Shown here: piece by piece, positions 9,694 to 19,045 of the stretch | How positions within the stretch are numbered: position 1 is the first letter of the stretch | Layout: each line of letters opens with the position of its first letter | NCBI GenBank assembly: GCA_934086145.1 | Contig: CAKOHV010000001.1 | Span: 53,731 to 117,730, forward strand | Source: an uncultured Bacilli bacterium | GTDB taxonomy: Bacteria > Bacillota_I > Bacilli_A > RF39 > UBA660 | DNA: 64,000 nucleotides | Direction of reading: 5' to 3' | Translations under genes and position numbers: made by a program | The notes under the pieces: generated by a model | Database searches by the model: none | Told to the model about the DNA's origin: nothing | Seen by the model: the letters and a program-made list of their open reading frames with translations, nothing else

Positions 9694-11010
9694 ATGAAAA
9701 AAATATTTCCAGACATAATTTATTTATTTATCTTTCTTTTATCATTTTTTATTACAACTAAAAAAGTTAGTTTCTTTTTATTAATCCTTTTTCTCCTTTC
9801 ACTCATTACAAAATTTATCTTTAATTTAATAACTAAAAACTATCACTATACGGAACTTCCTCCCTATAAAAAATCTGCCTTTTATCCTTTAATTTTTTCC
9901 CTTATCATTGCTATTATAGCTTTCTTTAACTATCAAAGTGACTTATCCCTTTTTAAATCCTTTGTAACCTCCCTTATCTATTACTTAGTTACTTTTTTAT
10001 TACTATTACCTCCTCATTTAAAATACTATTCTAAAGAAAATTCAGTTTCTAATGCTTTTGCTTTATCTTGTACCAAGACTATTTTCTTACCACAGGTTAG
10101 TAACTCGGAACTTTCCAAATTCTTAAAAATCCTACATTGTGCTAAGCTAAACTTAATAATCTGCTCTGATAGTGAACTTTCTCCTAAACTTACTTCGTCT
10201 TTTCAAAAAGTAAGTTATGCTGATTTAGATTTGTCGAAAAGACAAAATATTATTTTACAAGAGAACCAATTAACCGCCGAGCAAATTCAAAAGTTAACCG
10301 ACCATAGAAATCTTTACTATGTTAAGGATGAAGATTTAGCAACCAGTATTTCGCAAATAAAAAAAGCTCGTGGTATAATTGACAATTTAATTAAAGCGAC
10401 GAATCTAAATACTATTTTAACTAGTGCCTTATTTTTATCTATCATTTTTACGAGTTTGTTAGGTTATCCTATGCCTTTTAATTATCTCTTACTATTAATT
10501 ATCGGTTTTAAGAAAAATATCTTCCTTACTTGCTTTGCCCCATACTTTCGTTTTGATACTGATATTATGGAACGTTCACCTCGTCAAGAAAATGCTCCTT
10601 TTTATCTAAAACAAGACTTAATTCTTTTGGTAATTTCTAGTCTCCTAGTCACTTTTGCTGTAACTATTCCGTATATGGAATCTTTATCTGCTGGCGGCTC
10701 AGCTTCCTTAGCAACAACTTTAGCTTTAAATACTTACCTTTTTTGTTTCTTGCTTTTATCTCTTCAGAATGTTACGGAAAAGGTGACAATTCTAAATCTC
10801 ATAACTATCTATCAAGATCGCCATATGCTTCTTGCCATCATTATAACTATCATCGCCATACTTGCTTTACCTTATTGCCCTTTTATTGCCATCAAATCGA
10901 CTATTTTCAGTAACTATCTTCGTTGCTTTTTGGTTGCATTCTTCCTCTTAATTACTCTCGATTTAACCAAATTAGCTCGTTTTACCACAATTAGAAAGAA
11001 GGAAAAATAA
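9694..11010 (+). CDS. Degenerate, shortened P-type ATPase-like membrane protein (likely non-catalytic relic)
   Basis: Has a decayed phosphorylation motif, IICSDSELSPKLT versus canonical ICSDKTGTLT. Its C-terminal TM region aligns to the intact ATPase at 33127 (LGYPMPFNYLLLLI...DTDIMERSPRQENAPF vs FGYDIPLVAIQLLWLN...EKDVMNAKPRSTKESLF). The nucleotide-binding domain is absent and the protein is 438 aa. Confidence 0.5.
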   Translation: MKKIFPDIIYLFIFLLSFFITTKKVSFFLLILFLLSLITKFIFNLITKNYHYTELPPYKKSAFYPLIFSLIIAIIAFFNYQSDLSLFKSFVTSLIYYLVTFLLLLPPHLKYYSKENSVSNAFALSCTKTIFLPQVSNSELSKFLKILHCAKLNLIICSDSELSPKLTSSFQKVSYADLDLSKRQNIILQENQLTAEQIQKLTDHRNLYYVKDEDLATSISQIKKARGIIDNLIKATNLNTILTSALFLSIIFTSLLGYPMPFNYLLLLIIGFKKNIFLTCFAPYFRFDTDIMERSPRQENAPFYLKQDLILLVISSLLVTFAVTIPYMESLSAGGSASLATTLALNTYLFCFLLLSLQNVTEKVTILNLITIYQDRHMLLAIIITIIAILALPYCPFIAIKSTIFSNYLRCFLVAFFLLITLDLTKLARFTTIRKKEK

Positions 11011-11924
11011 TGATTAATTTAACTAAAAATATTACGGAAGCCACCTTAATTACCCATGGTGGAACTTTTCATCCTGATGATGTCTTTTCTAGCGTTTTTT
11101 TAAATAAAATATTTCCTAATTCCATCGTTTACCGCGCTAATTCGCTTCCTACAAAATTACGTGGTGACCAAATTGTTTATGATATTGGTTATGGTCGTTT
11201 TGACCACCATGGTCCTAATGCCCAAATGCGTAATGATAAAATAAAATATAGTTCCTTTGGTTTACTATGGAAAGAATATGGTCTTTCTTATCTAGCTAAA
11301 ATAACCACAGAACCAGCCAAACTTTGGCAAGTAATTGATGAAAAACTAGTTATGCAAATTGATGGCATCGATAATGGCAATTTTCCTAAAATCGAAGCTG
11401 ACTATAAACTAATGGATTTAGATAATGTGATAGATTTATTTAACAAAGCTTGGAATGAAGATGTTGATAATGATGAAGGCTTCAAACAAGCTTGCCAAGT
11501 TGCTGAAATCATCTTTGACCGTTTAATTTTGAAAGAAAAGGCTAAATTAACTGCACAAAAGCAAATTGAAAAACTAATCGCTCAAAATAATCATCAACCA
11601 ATCTTAATCTTAGATGAATATATGCCATACAATGATGCTTTATTTGATTCTGAAGACCCTTCAGCCCAAGAAATTAAAATCATTATCTTTCCTTCAAATA
11701 GGGGAGGATACAACATTAAACCACGAACTATTAGTAAGGATTCAAAAGAATTAGTTGTTAATTTTCCTTCCACATATTTAGGCTTAAGTAACGACGAACT
11801 AGCCCAAGTAAGTAACATTAAAGATGCTCGCTTCGTTCACATAAATGGCTTTTTAGCTTGTGCCAACACCTTAGATGCGGCCATCGCCCTTGCTAATCAA
11901 GCCCTTCACAACAAGGAAAATTAA
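11010..11924 (+). CDS. MYG1/UPF0160-family metal-dependent hydrolase
   Basis: N-terminal THGGTFHPDDVF...FDHHG motif characteristic of the UPF0160 (MYG1) family. Start overlaps the previous stop (ATGA). Confidence 0.7.
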   Translation: MINLTKNITEATLITHGGTFHPDDVFSSVFLNKIFPNSIVYRANSLPTKLRGDQIVYDIGYGRFDHHGPNAQMRNDKIKYSSFGLLWKEYGLSYLAKITTEPAKLWQVIDEKLVMQIDGIDNGNFPKIEADYKLMDLDNVIDLFNKAWNEDVDNDEGFKQACQVAEIIFDRLILKEKAKLTAQKQIEKLIAQNNHQPILILDEYMPYNDALFDSEDPSAQEIKIIIFPSNRGGYNIKPRTISKDSKELVVNFPSTYLGLSNDELAQVSNIKDARFVHINGFLACANTLDAAIALANQALHNKEN

Positions 11925-11968
11925 ATCCTTGTTTTTTTCTTCTTTAAACACTCTTTTCATGTTATAAT
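11879..11968. repeat. 90-bp perfect direct repeat, copy 1
   Basis: ggccatcgcccttgctaatcaagcccttcacaacaaggaaaattaaatccttgttttttt...catgttataat is identical to 12294-12383. It contains the last 46 nt of the upstream CDS and a TGnTATAAT promoter. Confidence 0.9.
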
Positions 11969-12293
11969 CCTGAATTTGACAGTTTTGAAGAAAAAAGTTT
12001 CACAATCCCTTTATTTATAAGGTTTTTGCTCCATTTAAAAAATGCGTACCATTGTATTTTTTTCAAACTTGATAATTTTTTTTGAAAAAAATTTTTGGAC
12101 ACATTGTTTAAAGCCTTATAAATAAAGCAAATTAGTATAAATTTAATAGTCAAGTGTTTAACTATGTTTAAATTTTAACATAAATTTATAAGTAAATCAA
12201 TGTCCGAATATGGTACGCATTTTGTAAAAATAAAGAAGTCCTTATTTTATGAGGCTTTGCGGGCAAAAAAAAGTTGAAACTGTCAAACTCGGG
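11969..12293. mobile_element. 325-bp non-coding element with ~20-bp imperfect terminal inverted repeats (core TTTGACAGTTT) and nested internal inverted repeats; MITE-like or small integrated element
   Basis: The 5' end cctgaatttgacagttttgaag matches the reverse complement of the 3' end (cccgagtttgacagtttcaactt). Internal inverted repeat aaaatgcgtaccat / atggtacgcatttt. Flanked by 90-bp perfect direct repeats. Confidence 0.4.
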
Positions 12294-12383
12294 GGCCATC
12301 GCCCTTGCTAATCAAGCCCTTCACAACAAGGAAAATTAAATCCTTGTTTTTTTCTTCTTTAAACACTCTTTTCATGTTATAAT
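12294..12383. repeat. 90-bp perfect direct repeat, copy 2 (carries the likely functional promoter for the 12408 gene)
   Basis: Identical to 11879-11968. Includes a pseudo 3' end encoding ...AIALANQALHNKEN* and the extended -10 tgttataat at 12375-12383. Confidence 0.9.
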
Positions 12384-12407
12384 TAGTTAGAATAGGAGTG
12401 CTATTAA

Positions 12408-15400
12408 ATGAAGAATAATAAAGAGGAATTCATAAATTATTTAATTACTGATGATGCTAAATCAAAAGAATTACTTTTAAACTTATTAGCTGAAAAAGAC
12501 TATCAATCTATTAAAAGTATAATCATGTCCCTAGACCGAATGATAAAAAAACAAGAGCTAAACAAGAATATTAAGGAAAACTTCTTATTTTTAATTGCTC
12601 AAAATATTGATGAAACAGATTTATTTGATGAAAAAATGTCTTTAAAAAAGGAATATAATTTTTTAAATGGCATGGAAATTGTCTTATTACAAAAATTACT
12701 TCGCCACAATTATCATTTTAATAGCGAACAATTAACCAACACTAAAGATGCTCTTTTACTAGAAATAATCAAATATCCTGATTCTCTTAATTGCGAAGAA
12801 GCCTTTAATATTCTTACGACCCGTATCCAAGATAAATCATTTACTATTGACCACTTTGCCGAAAGTGATATGTTAAATTATCTTAAATTAGCCAGTAAAT
12901 TAGCTAATCAAACCGGTGTAGAAGAATTAATAAATGATGAAACCTTCATTAGTTTATATAACTCTAATAACATCACTTTACCAACTATTTTATTAGCTTC
13001 TAATCACGTAAGTAAACCACGTTTAAAAATCATAACTGCGGATAAATCCAAAACTTATATTAAACAAAACCCTTCAATGATTGCGAATCTCTTAACTAGT
13101 GAAGAAGTTGCCATTCTTTGGCAAGATACCGACCTAAAAAATCTTTTTATAAATCACCAACTTCGTTATGACTGCCTTGATGCGAAAAGTCAAAAAAACT
13201 TACTTGAAAATATTGAAGTCTTTTCCTTATATTCCTTAAAGACAATCAAAGAATTTATCAAGGGCTATGAAAATAAAGAAGTCTTAATTCACCATCTTGA
13301 TTTTCTTTTCACTTATTTTACAGCCTTAAATAAAGAACCACTTGCTTATGATACCATCGATTCCTTTATTAATCTCTTTGATGAAGAAACTTTATTTATT
13401 ATCACGGATGATCCAAGATTTCCTTATCTGCAAGAAAGTATCATCCTCTACCTTATCAATAGTCTAAAACCATATTATCTTGAAAACTTTTTTACTAACG
13501 CTAAAGTTCATGAAGTTCTTTTAAATAATAAAAATGTTACTATTTATACTAAACTTCCCGTCAACATTCAAAAAGAAATTCTTGCTTCCTTAGATAAATT
13601 ATTATTAAATAACGTTAATCGTCAATTATTTTTAAATAGTAATGATGACTTAATTAAGAAAATCTTTAAACAAAATGATAATTTATACAATGAAATCTTA
13701 GATATCTGTCTTAATGAAAAGAAAGCCTTAACTTATCAAGAATTAAATCGCTTAATTAAATTAATGCCAAGTGAATTCTATGAAAAGTTAACTAATGAAG
13801 ATATTTATAAATTATCCGGTCCTACTATTATTGCTATCTTAGGTGATTCTAAAAATACTTTCCGTAAAGTCATATTAGATAATGAGATATTATGTTCACG
13901 TATCGTCAACTCAATTAATTCCACCAATATTACGATGATTCAAGCCTGTCTTTTAAAAATCACTGACCGCGAAAAAGTCTCTTTATTAACTAAAGCCCAA
14001 AACATTACCAATCCATATGGGGCCATTAGTATCATTAAAACTATGACAGATGAAATAAAAAAAGAACTTTATCAAAACCGTGCCCTTAAAAATCTAATTT
14101 TATTTAGTAGTTCCACTGATTACTTAATTGATAATTTAACGATTTCTTATCTTTTAGAAAACAAAGAATTAATTAGTAAATTATCAAATAATGCTTTAAT
14201 AGAATTCCTTACTTCTCTTAATTTAAAAGAACTAAATAACTTACTTAAAGAAGAAAGTATTCTAAGTAAAATTCTTTCAAGTGAAGTTGCTTATTCTAAC
14301 ATTATAACCTTATTGAACCATGATAATCTTTTACTTAGTAGTTTAATAAATAATCGTACTGCTAAGTATTTAGAAGCTACGACCTTAATTAAACTTCTAG
14401 AACAACTTTCCATTAATGATAAGAAGTTAATTTGTACGAATGAAGATGTCCTTTTAAAACTCTTCGATAATAATCAAGCTGTCTTAAAGACTTTTAAAAA
14501 TCTTTATGAAAAAAATAATTATCTTTTAGATAGTCTAGACTTAAAATTCTTAAATAGCCAAACTATTAAATTAAAATTTGCGCACCTCGAATATCTAACT
14601 AAACATAATGACTTACAACAACTCTTACTTGATATCTATCAAAAATATCCGTTAGATAATAAATTCCTTACTACTTTATTTAATAATGATGCTATTGGTT
14701 TTAATCATTCTCCTTTATCTAACATCTTAAAGACTATTGTTGAATCAATTGATGGTATTAATCGTAAGAAATATGGTAATTTCTTAAAAATATTTGCTAA
14801 TACTTCCTTTGCTAACTTATCCGTCTTAGAAATGAATAAAATAATAACTTATTATTTATCGGTTATTCCATGGCTTCAAACTAAAGAGGAGATAAAACGT
14901 CCGGCTGTAGTTTCTGTTCCGCGTACTTTAGAAGAAGTCCTTAACTATGAAGAAAACTATGCTAAAAATATTGAAGAAAAAATTCGTCTTAAAGATTATG
15001 ATAGTTACCAAGCCATTGTTTGTTTAAAATACTATAAAATGACCTTAGAAGAAGCGACTACCTTTATTAATCAATATGATGTAACTAAAATAACTGAAAA
15101 AGCTTATCAAAATGAAATAAATTTCTTACAAAATCTTAACCATTTCCTTCATCAATCAGAAAAAGAAATTAGAAAGAATAAAAGACTAAAAGAGTATAAA
15201 ATAACTGATATCTTTAAAATAAATAATCGTCTTCATGAATTATTCAATAAACTCTATAATTATGAATTAAACATCAATCTTAATAATTACCAACCACTTA
15301 ACGTTGCTTTATATGGTAAAGAAATTACTCTTTATGAACCAAAAGAAAAATTTACTTACTTATTAAGTTCAGTTAATCCGAAAAGAATGCTAAATTTTGC

Positions 15401-16184
15401 TGACTTTTTAAGTAGTTGGAATGATACCCTTGCTTCTTTGCCAAATGAGCAATTAACGGCGACACTTATTACTAATGATAATCTACATGTCTTTGTTCCT
15501 GAAGATATTAATTTTGGTTTTACAAAGTTAAATAATAATACTCTTGAAAATATTATCCTTCCTAATCGTTTTGGTCATTCTTTCTTTGCTTTGCCTCGTA
15601 CCTTAATCAATAATAGTTCCCAAAATCATAATCTTTTCTTCTTAAATAAGTATGAGAATAATAATCAAACCGCCAAAAATCCATATCTAACCCCTGATTA
15701 TCTTCTTTTATTTAAAGATTTAATCTTTATCGATGATGAAACTATTAAAACGGCTTACTTAGAATATGTCTATCGTACAAGTCAGTCTTTTAAAACTAAA
15801 AAAACACCAAATGGGTTACCAATTATTCTCCTCGATCGCCATAAAATAATTACTGACGAAGTAGGGGAATTAAAAGCATCTATCCTTGAATATAACGAAA
15901 ACCATAATGTTATTCTCTTAAAGAAAATTATTGAAAAATATAGTAATAATCAACTTGGTTTAGCATATTTTACTAATGAATTTCTTAATAAATTCGCTAT
16001 TCAAGAACTACTTACAACTATCGAAGAACGCTTAAAAAATTGTCATAACTTATCTGAACTAAATTTATTAAAAGAACTATTTACTGCCGAATTAACTAAG
16101 TATAACTATCTCAAAGACCCTGAAATACCTAATAAAATCCCTTATAATAAATATCTAAAAATAATCGAAAGTAAGTTAAGTTAA
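12408..16184 (+). CDS. Large (1258 aa) Leu/Asn/Lys-rich hypothetical cytoplasmic protein, no recognisable domain
   Basis: Uninterrupted 3.8-kb ORF with RBS AGGAG. No TM segments or catalytic motifs seen. Confidence 0.6.
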   Translation: MKNNKEEFINYLITDDAKSKELLLNLLAEKDYQSIKSIIMSLDRMIKKQELNKNIKENFLFLIAQNIDETDLFDEKMSLKKEYNFLNGMEIVLLQKLLRHNYHFNSEQLTNTKDALLLEIIKYPDSLNCEEAFNILTTRIQDKSFTIDHFAESDMLNYLKLASKLANQTGVEELINDETFISLYNSNNITLPTILLASNHVSKPRLKIITADKSKTYIKQNPSMIANLLTSEEVAILWQDTDLKNLFINHQLRYDCLDAKSQKNLLENIEVFSLYSLKTIKEFIKGYENKEVLIHHLDFLFTYFTALNKEPLAYDTIDSFINLFDEETLFIITDDPRFPYLQESIILYLINSLKPYYLENFFTNAKVHEVLLNNKNVTIYTKLPVNIQKEILASLDKLLLNNVNRQLFLNSNDDLIKKIFKQNDNLYNEILDICLNEKKALTYQELNRLIKLMPSEFYEKLTNEDIYKLSGPTIIAILGDSKNTFRKVILDNEILCSRIVNSINSTNITMIQACLLKITDREKVSLLTKAQNITNPYGAISIIKTMTDEIKKELYQNRALKNLILFSSSTDYLIDNLTISYLLENKELISKLSNNALIEFLTSLNLKELNNLLKEESILSKILSSEVAYSNIITLLNHDNLLLSSLINNRTAKYLEATTLIKLLEQLSINDKKLICTNEDVLLKLFDNNQAVLKTFKNLYEKNNYLLDSLDLKFLNSQTIKLKFAHLEYLTKHNDLQQLLLDIYQKYPLDNKFLTTLFNNDAIGFNHSPLSNILKTIVESIDGINRKKYGNFLKIFANTSFANLSVLEMNKIITYYLSVIPWLQTKEEIKRPAVVSVPRTLEEVLNYEENYAKNIEEKIRLKDYDSYQAIVCLKYYKMTLEEATTFINQYDVTKITEKAYQNEINFLQNLNHFLHQSEKEIRKNKRLKEYKITDIFKINNRLHELFNKLYNYELNINLNNYQPLNVALYGKEITLYEPKEKFTYLLSSVNPKRMLNFADFLSSWNDTLASLPNEQLTATLITNDNLHVFVPEDINFGFTKLNNNTLENIILPNRFGHSFFALPRTLINNSSQNHNLFFLNKYENNNQTAKNPYLTPDYLLLFKDLIFIDDETIKTAYLEYVYRTSQSFKTKKTPNGLPIILLDRHKIITDEVGELKASILEYNENHNVILLKKIIEKYSNNQLGLAYFTNEFLNKFAIQELLTTIEERLKNCHNLSELNLLKELFTAELTKYNYLKDPEIPNKIPYNKYLKIIESKLS

Positions 16185-16254
16185 GAAAAAAGACCCCAAA
16201 ACTTGCTTTGTTTCTGATAAATGTTACAATTAGTAAGAAGACGGAGAGTACCTT

Positions 16255-16893
16255 ATGCAAAAAGAAAAATTAAATTTTTATAACCTTTTTTACTTATTTA
16301 TTTTTGGTTGTCTACTAGGTTGGCTAGTAGAAGGCCTTTGGTCCTTACTAAAAAAACACCTCTTAATAAACCATTCTGCTTTAGTTATTGGTCCTTTTAA
16401 TGTCGTTTATGGCGTAGGAGCCGTTGTCTTAACTGTTATGCTTTATAAAATAAAAGATGCTAGTTTAGTTAAAATATTTAAAACTTCCTTTATAACTGGT
16501 TCTATCTTAGAATATATTATGAGTTTTCTAATGGAATATATGTTAGGATTTGTTGCTTGGAATTATAGTAAAAAATTCTTAAATATACATGGTCGTATTT
16601 GCTTAACTTATTCTATCTTTTGGGGCTTCTTAGGCATCTTTTGGATCAAATTAGTCTATCCTAAAATAAAAAAGATAATTGATAATCAAGATCATGAAAT
16701 TGGTACTAAAGTCATGAAATTCCTAATTGTCTTTCTTATCTTTGATACTTTCTTAACCTTTAGTGCCGTAAATCGTGGCAAAGACTTTGAAAGAGGGTTG
16801 CCTCCTGCTAATCGCTATGAAGAATTCTTAGATAATACCTTTGGTGTATCTTATTTAAATAATATGTATAATAATCGTTGGAATCGTCATTGA
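16255..16893 (+). CDS. Hypothetical polytopic membrane protein (~6 TM)
   Basis: Hydrophobic segments throughout, RBS GGAGAG and an upstream promoter TTGCTT-N17-TACAAT. Confidence 0.5.
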   Translation: MQKEKLNFYNLFYLFIFGCLLGWLVEGLWSLLKKHLLINHSALVIGPFNVVYGVGAVVLTVMLYKIKDASLVKIFKTSFITGSILEYIMSFLMEYMLGFVAWNYSKKFLNIHGRICLTYSIFWGFLGIFWIKLVYPKIKKIIDNQDHEIGTKVMKFLIVFLIFDTFLTFSAVNRGKDFERGLPPANRYEEFLDNTFGVSYLNNMYNNRWNRH

Positions 16894-16905
16894 TTCCTTT
16901 TTTTT
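16880..16905 (+). terminator. Rho-independent terminator overlapping the stop codon
   Basis: Stem ggaatc/gattcc with a 6-nt loop, then a T8 run. Confidence 0.6.
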
Positions 16906-16914
16906 GAGCAAAAT

Positions 16915-16943
16915 TTGACTTAATTAAAACATTCTATAATAAT
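16915..16943 (+). promoter_or_regulatory. Promoter (-35 TTGACT, AT-rich -10) for paralog gene 1. An almost identical copy precedes paralog gene 2 at ~17996-18030
   Basis: ttgacttaattaaaa...tataataatagtaaaccgaNaaataaaaaacattttttgtataaaaagggggaacc is duplicated upstream of both paralogs. Confidence 0.4.
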
Positions 16944-16996
16944 AGTAAACCGATAAATAAAAAAACATTTTTTGTATAAAAAGGGGGAACCAAAAA

Positions 16997-17878
16997 ATGA
17001 ATGTTATAGGTACTTTAGAAAAAGAATTGAAAGATCATATTTGGACACCTGATGAAATAGCTCGTTATCTTTATATAAGAAGTGGTGAATTATTTTCTTA
17101 TGATCCACGCTATTTCTATGCCGATGATGATTTAGAAACGGAAATTTTTGAACGGAAAATTGATTTAGAAAACGTTACTGATTTCCGTGTTGTTTGCGCT
17201 AGTTGGTCTAGTCAAGTTTATGTTCCGTTATTAACTGAATTGGCTAAAATACCTGCTAAGGTCCTTAGATACGGTAGTCATTGCTTAGTTGAGACCCCAA
17301 AAATAATAGGCGATGCTTGTATAAAAAATGACTTAGCTCGTATCAAAATGCGCCTTAATACCGAAGGTTATACCAATCTTAGCTATGAACAGATTGATTT
17401 AGTCGACACTGATCGCCGTATCCAATATATCGAAAACTACTACGCAACCTACAAAATTAATGCCATCGCTCAAACACTCCGAAGTGAATTTATGCGTATA
17501 AATAACATCGTTGATAGTCAATGCATTAACCCAAGTACTCTTTTTGCTTACAAAATTGCCAAATTAAAAAAATTACTTGCTACCTTTCCACTTGTAACAA
17601 GATATAATGATATTACTTTTATGATTAATTACCTTGTTCGTAAACTCTTTACCATCGATGAACGTACGCGCGTTAGGGAATCTGAATTGTACGACAAAAG
17701 GTACGAAGATTGGAATTTTGCTAAAATATTTTACTTCACCTTACCAAATGGTTGTGTCATCCACTATATCTTATCTAAGAAAAATGGTCTTTATACCTTT
17801 GAACAAGCTGACTATCAAGATATTCATAATCTCTTAAATGCTTATTCTCGTGGTGGCAATGAAATAGCATTGCATTAA
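16997..17878 (+). CDS. Hypothetical protein, paralog A of a tandem pair
   Basis: 293 aa, about three-quarters identical by eye to the 18076 ORF. RBS AAGGGGGAA. No domain recognised. Confidence 0.6.
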   Translation: MNVIGTLEKELKDHIWTPDEIARYLYIRSGELFSYDPRYFYADDDLETEIFERKIDLENVTDFRVVCASWSSQVYVPLLTELAKIPAKVLRYGSHCLVETPKIIGDACIKNDLARIKMRLNTEGYTNLSYEQIDLVDTDRRIQYIENYYATYKINAIAQTLRSEFMRINNIVDSQCINPSTLFAYKIAKLKKLLATFPLVTRYNDITFMINYLVRKLFTIDERTRVRESELYDKRYEDWNFAKIFYFTLPNGCVIHYILSKKNGLYTFEQADYQDIHNLLNAYSRGGNEIALH

Positions 17879-17905
17879 AAAGACTAAATTAATTGAATTT
17901 TCTTA

Positions 17906-17975
17906 TTATAATCCTAAGTTTGATAGCTTCTTGCTAAAAAATTTTGCTATCCCTTTGTTTATAAGACTTTGAAAA
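17906..17975. repeat. Diverged partial copy of the left end of the 11969 element (including the ttataatcc junction)
   Basis: tattataatcctaagtttgatagcttcttgctaaaaaattttgctatccctttgtttataag aligns (~70%) with tgttataatcctgaatttgacagttttgaagaaaaaagtttcacaatccctttatttataag. Confidence 0.3.
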
Positions 17976-18075
17976 ATTTTATATTTCTAAAAAAATTGAC
18001 TTAATTAAAATATCCTATATAATAGTAAACCGACAAATAAAAAACATTTTTTGTATAAAAAGGGGGAACCAAAAA

Positions 18076-18966
18076 ATGAATGTTATAGCTACTTTAGAAA
18101 AAGAATTAAAAGATTGTATTTGGACACCTGATGAAATAGCTCGTTATCTTTATATAAGAAGTGGGGAATTATTTTCCTATGATCCACGCTATTTCTATGC
18201 CGATGATGATTTAAAAAGGGAAATTTTAAATCGTAAAATCGACTTAGAAAATGTTACTGATTTCCGTGTTGTTTGCACTAGTTGGGCTAGTCAAGTTTAT
18301 GTTCCATTAGTAATTGAGCTAGCTAAATTACCAGCTAAGGTTGTTAGCTTTAGCGGTCATAGTTATGCTGAGATTCCGAATATATCTGCTGATGCTTGTA
18401 GGCTAAATGACTTGGCTCGTATCAAAATGCGTCTTAATACTGAAGGTTATATCAAACCTGGTGATCATTCATTTGACCAGACTACCTTAGTCGACATTGA
18501 TCGCCGTATTCAATATATCGAAAACTACTATGCAACATACAAAATTAATGCCATCGCTCAAACACTCCGAAGTGAATTTATGCGCATCAATAATATCGTT
18601 GATAGCCATCGCCTTGACCAAAGTAAACTTTATGCTTACAAAATTGCCAAGTTAAAAACATTACTTGCCACTTTTCCGCTTGTAACAAGCTATGATGATA
18701 TTGATTTTGCCATTAATTACCTTGGTCGTAAACTATTTACCCTCGATGAACGTACAAGCATTACAACCTGCGAATTATACGACGAAAGATACGAAGATTG
18801 GAACTTTGCTAAAATATATTGCTTCAACTTATCAAATCGTTATGTCATTTATTATATCTTATCTAAGAAAAATGGTTTTTATACCTTTGAACAAGCTGAT
18901 TATCAAGGTATACATAATCTCTTAGATGCTTATCCCCGTGGTGGCGATGAAATAGCTTTGCATTAA
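18076..18966 (+). CDS. Hypothetical protein, paralog B of a tandem pair
   Basis: 296 aa, high identity to the 16997 ORF (about three-quarters by eye), with a duplicated promoter and RBS. Confidence 0.6.
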   Translation: MNVIATLEKELKDCIWTPDEIARYLYIRSGELFSYDPRYFYADDDLKREILNRKIDLENVTDFRVVCTSWASQVYVPLVIELAKLPAKVVSFSGHSYAEIPNISADACRLNDLARIKMRLNTEGYIKPGDHSFDQTTLVDIDRRIQYIENYYATYKINAIAQTLRSEFMRINNIVDSHRLDQSKLYAYKIAKLKTLLATFPLVTSYDDIDFAINYLGRKLFTLDERTSITTCELYDERYEDWNFAKIYCFNLSNRYVIYYILSKKNGFYTFEQADYQGIHNLLDAYPRGGDEIALH

Positions 18967-19045
18967 AAAAACTAAATTAATTGACTTGTCTTACTATAAT
19001 AGATAAAATATATGATATACTTTGTAATAAAAAAGGAGGAAAAAT

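Noticed and set aside
11962-12153. 63-aa minus-strand ORF inside the 325-bp inverted-repeat element
   Set aside because: It has no RBS and a Lys/Phe/Leu-rich composition, and spans the palindromic element, where open frames arise by symmetry. It is more likely non-coding.
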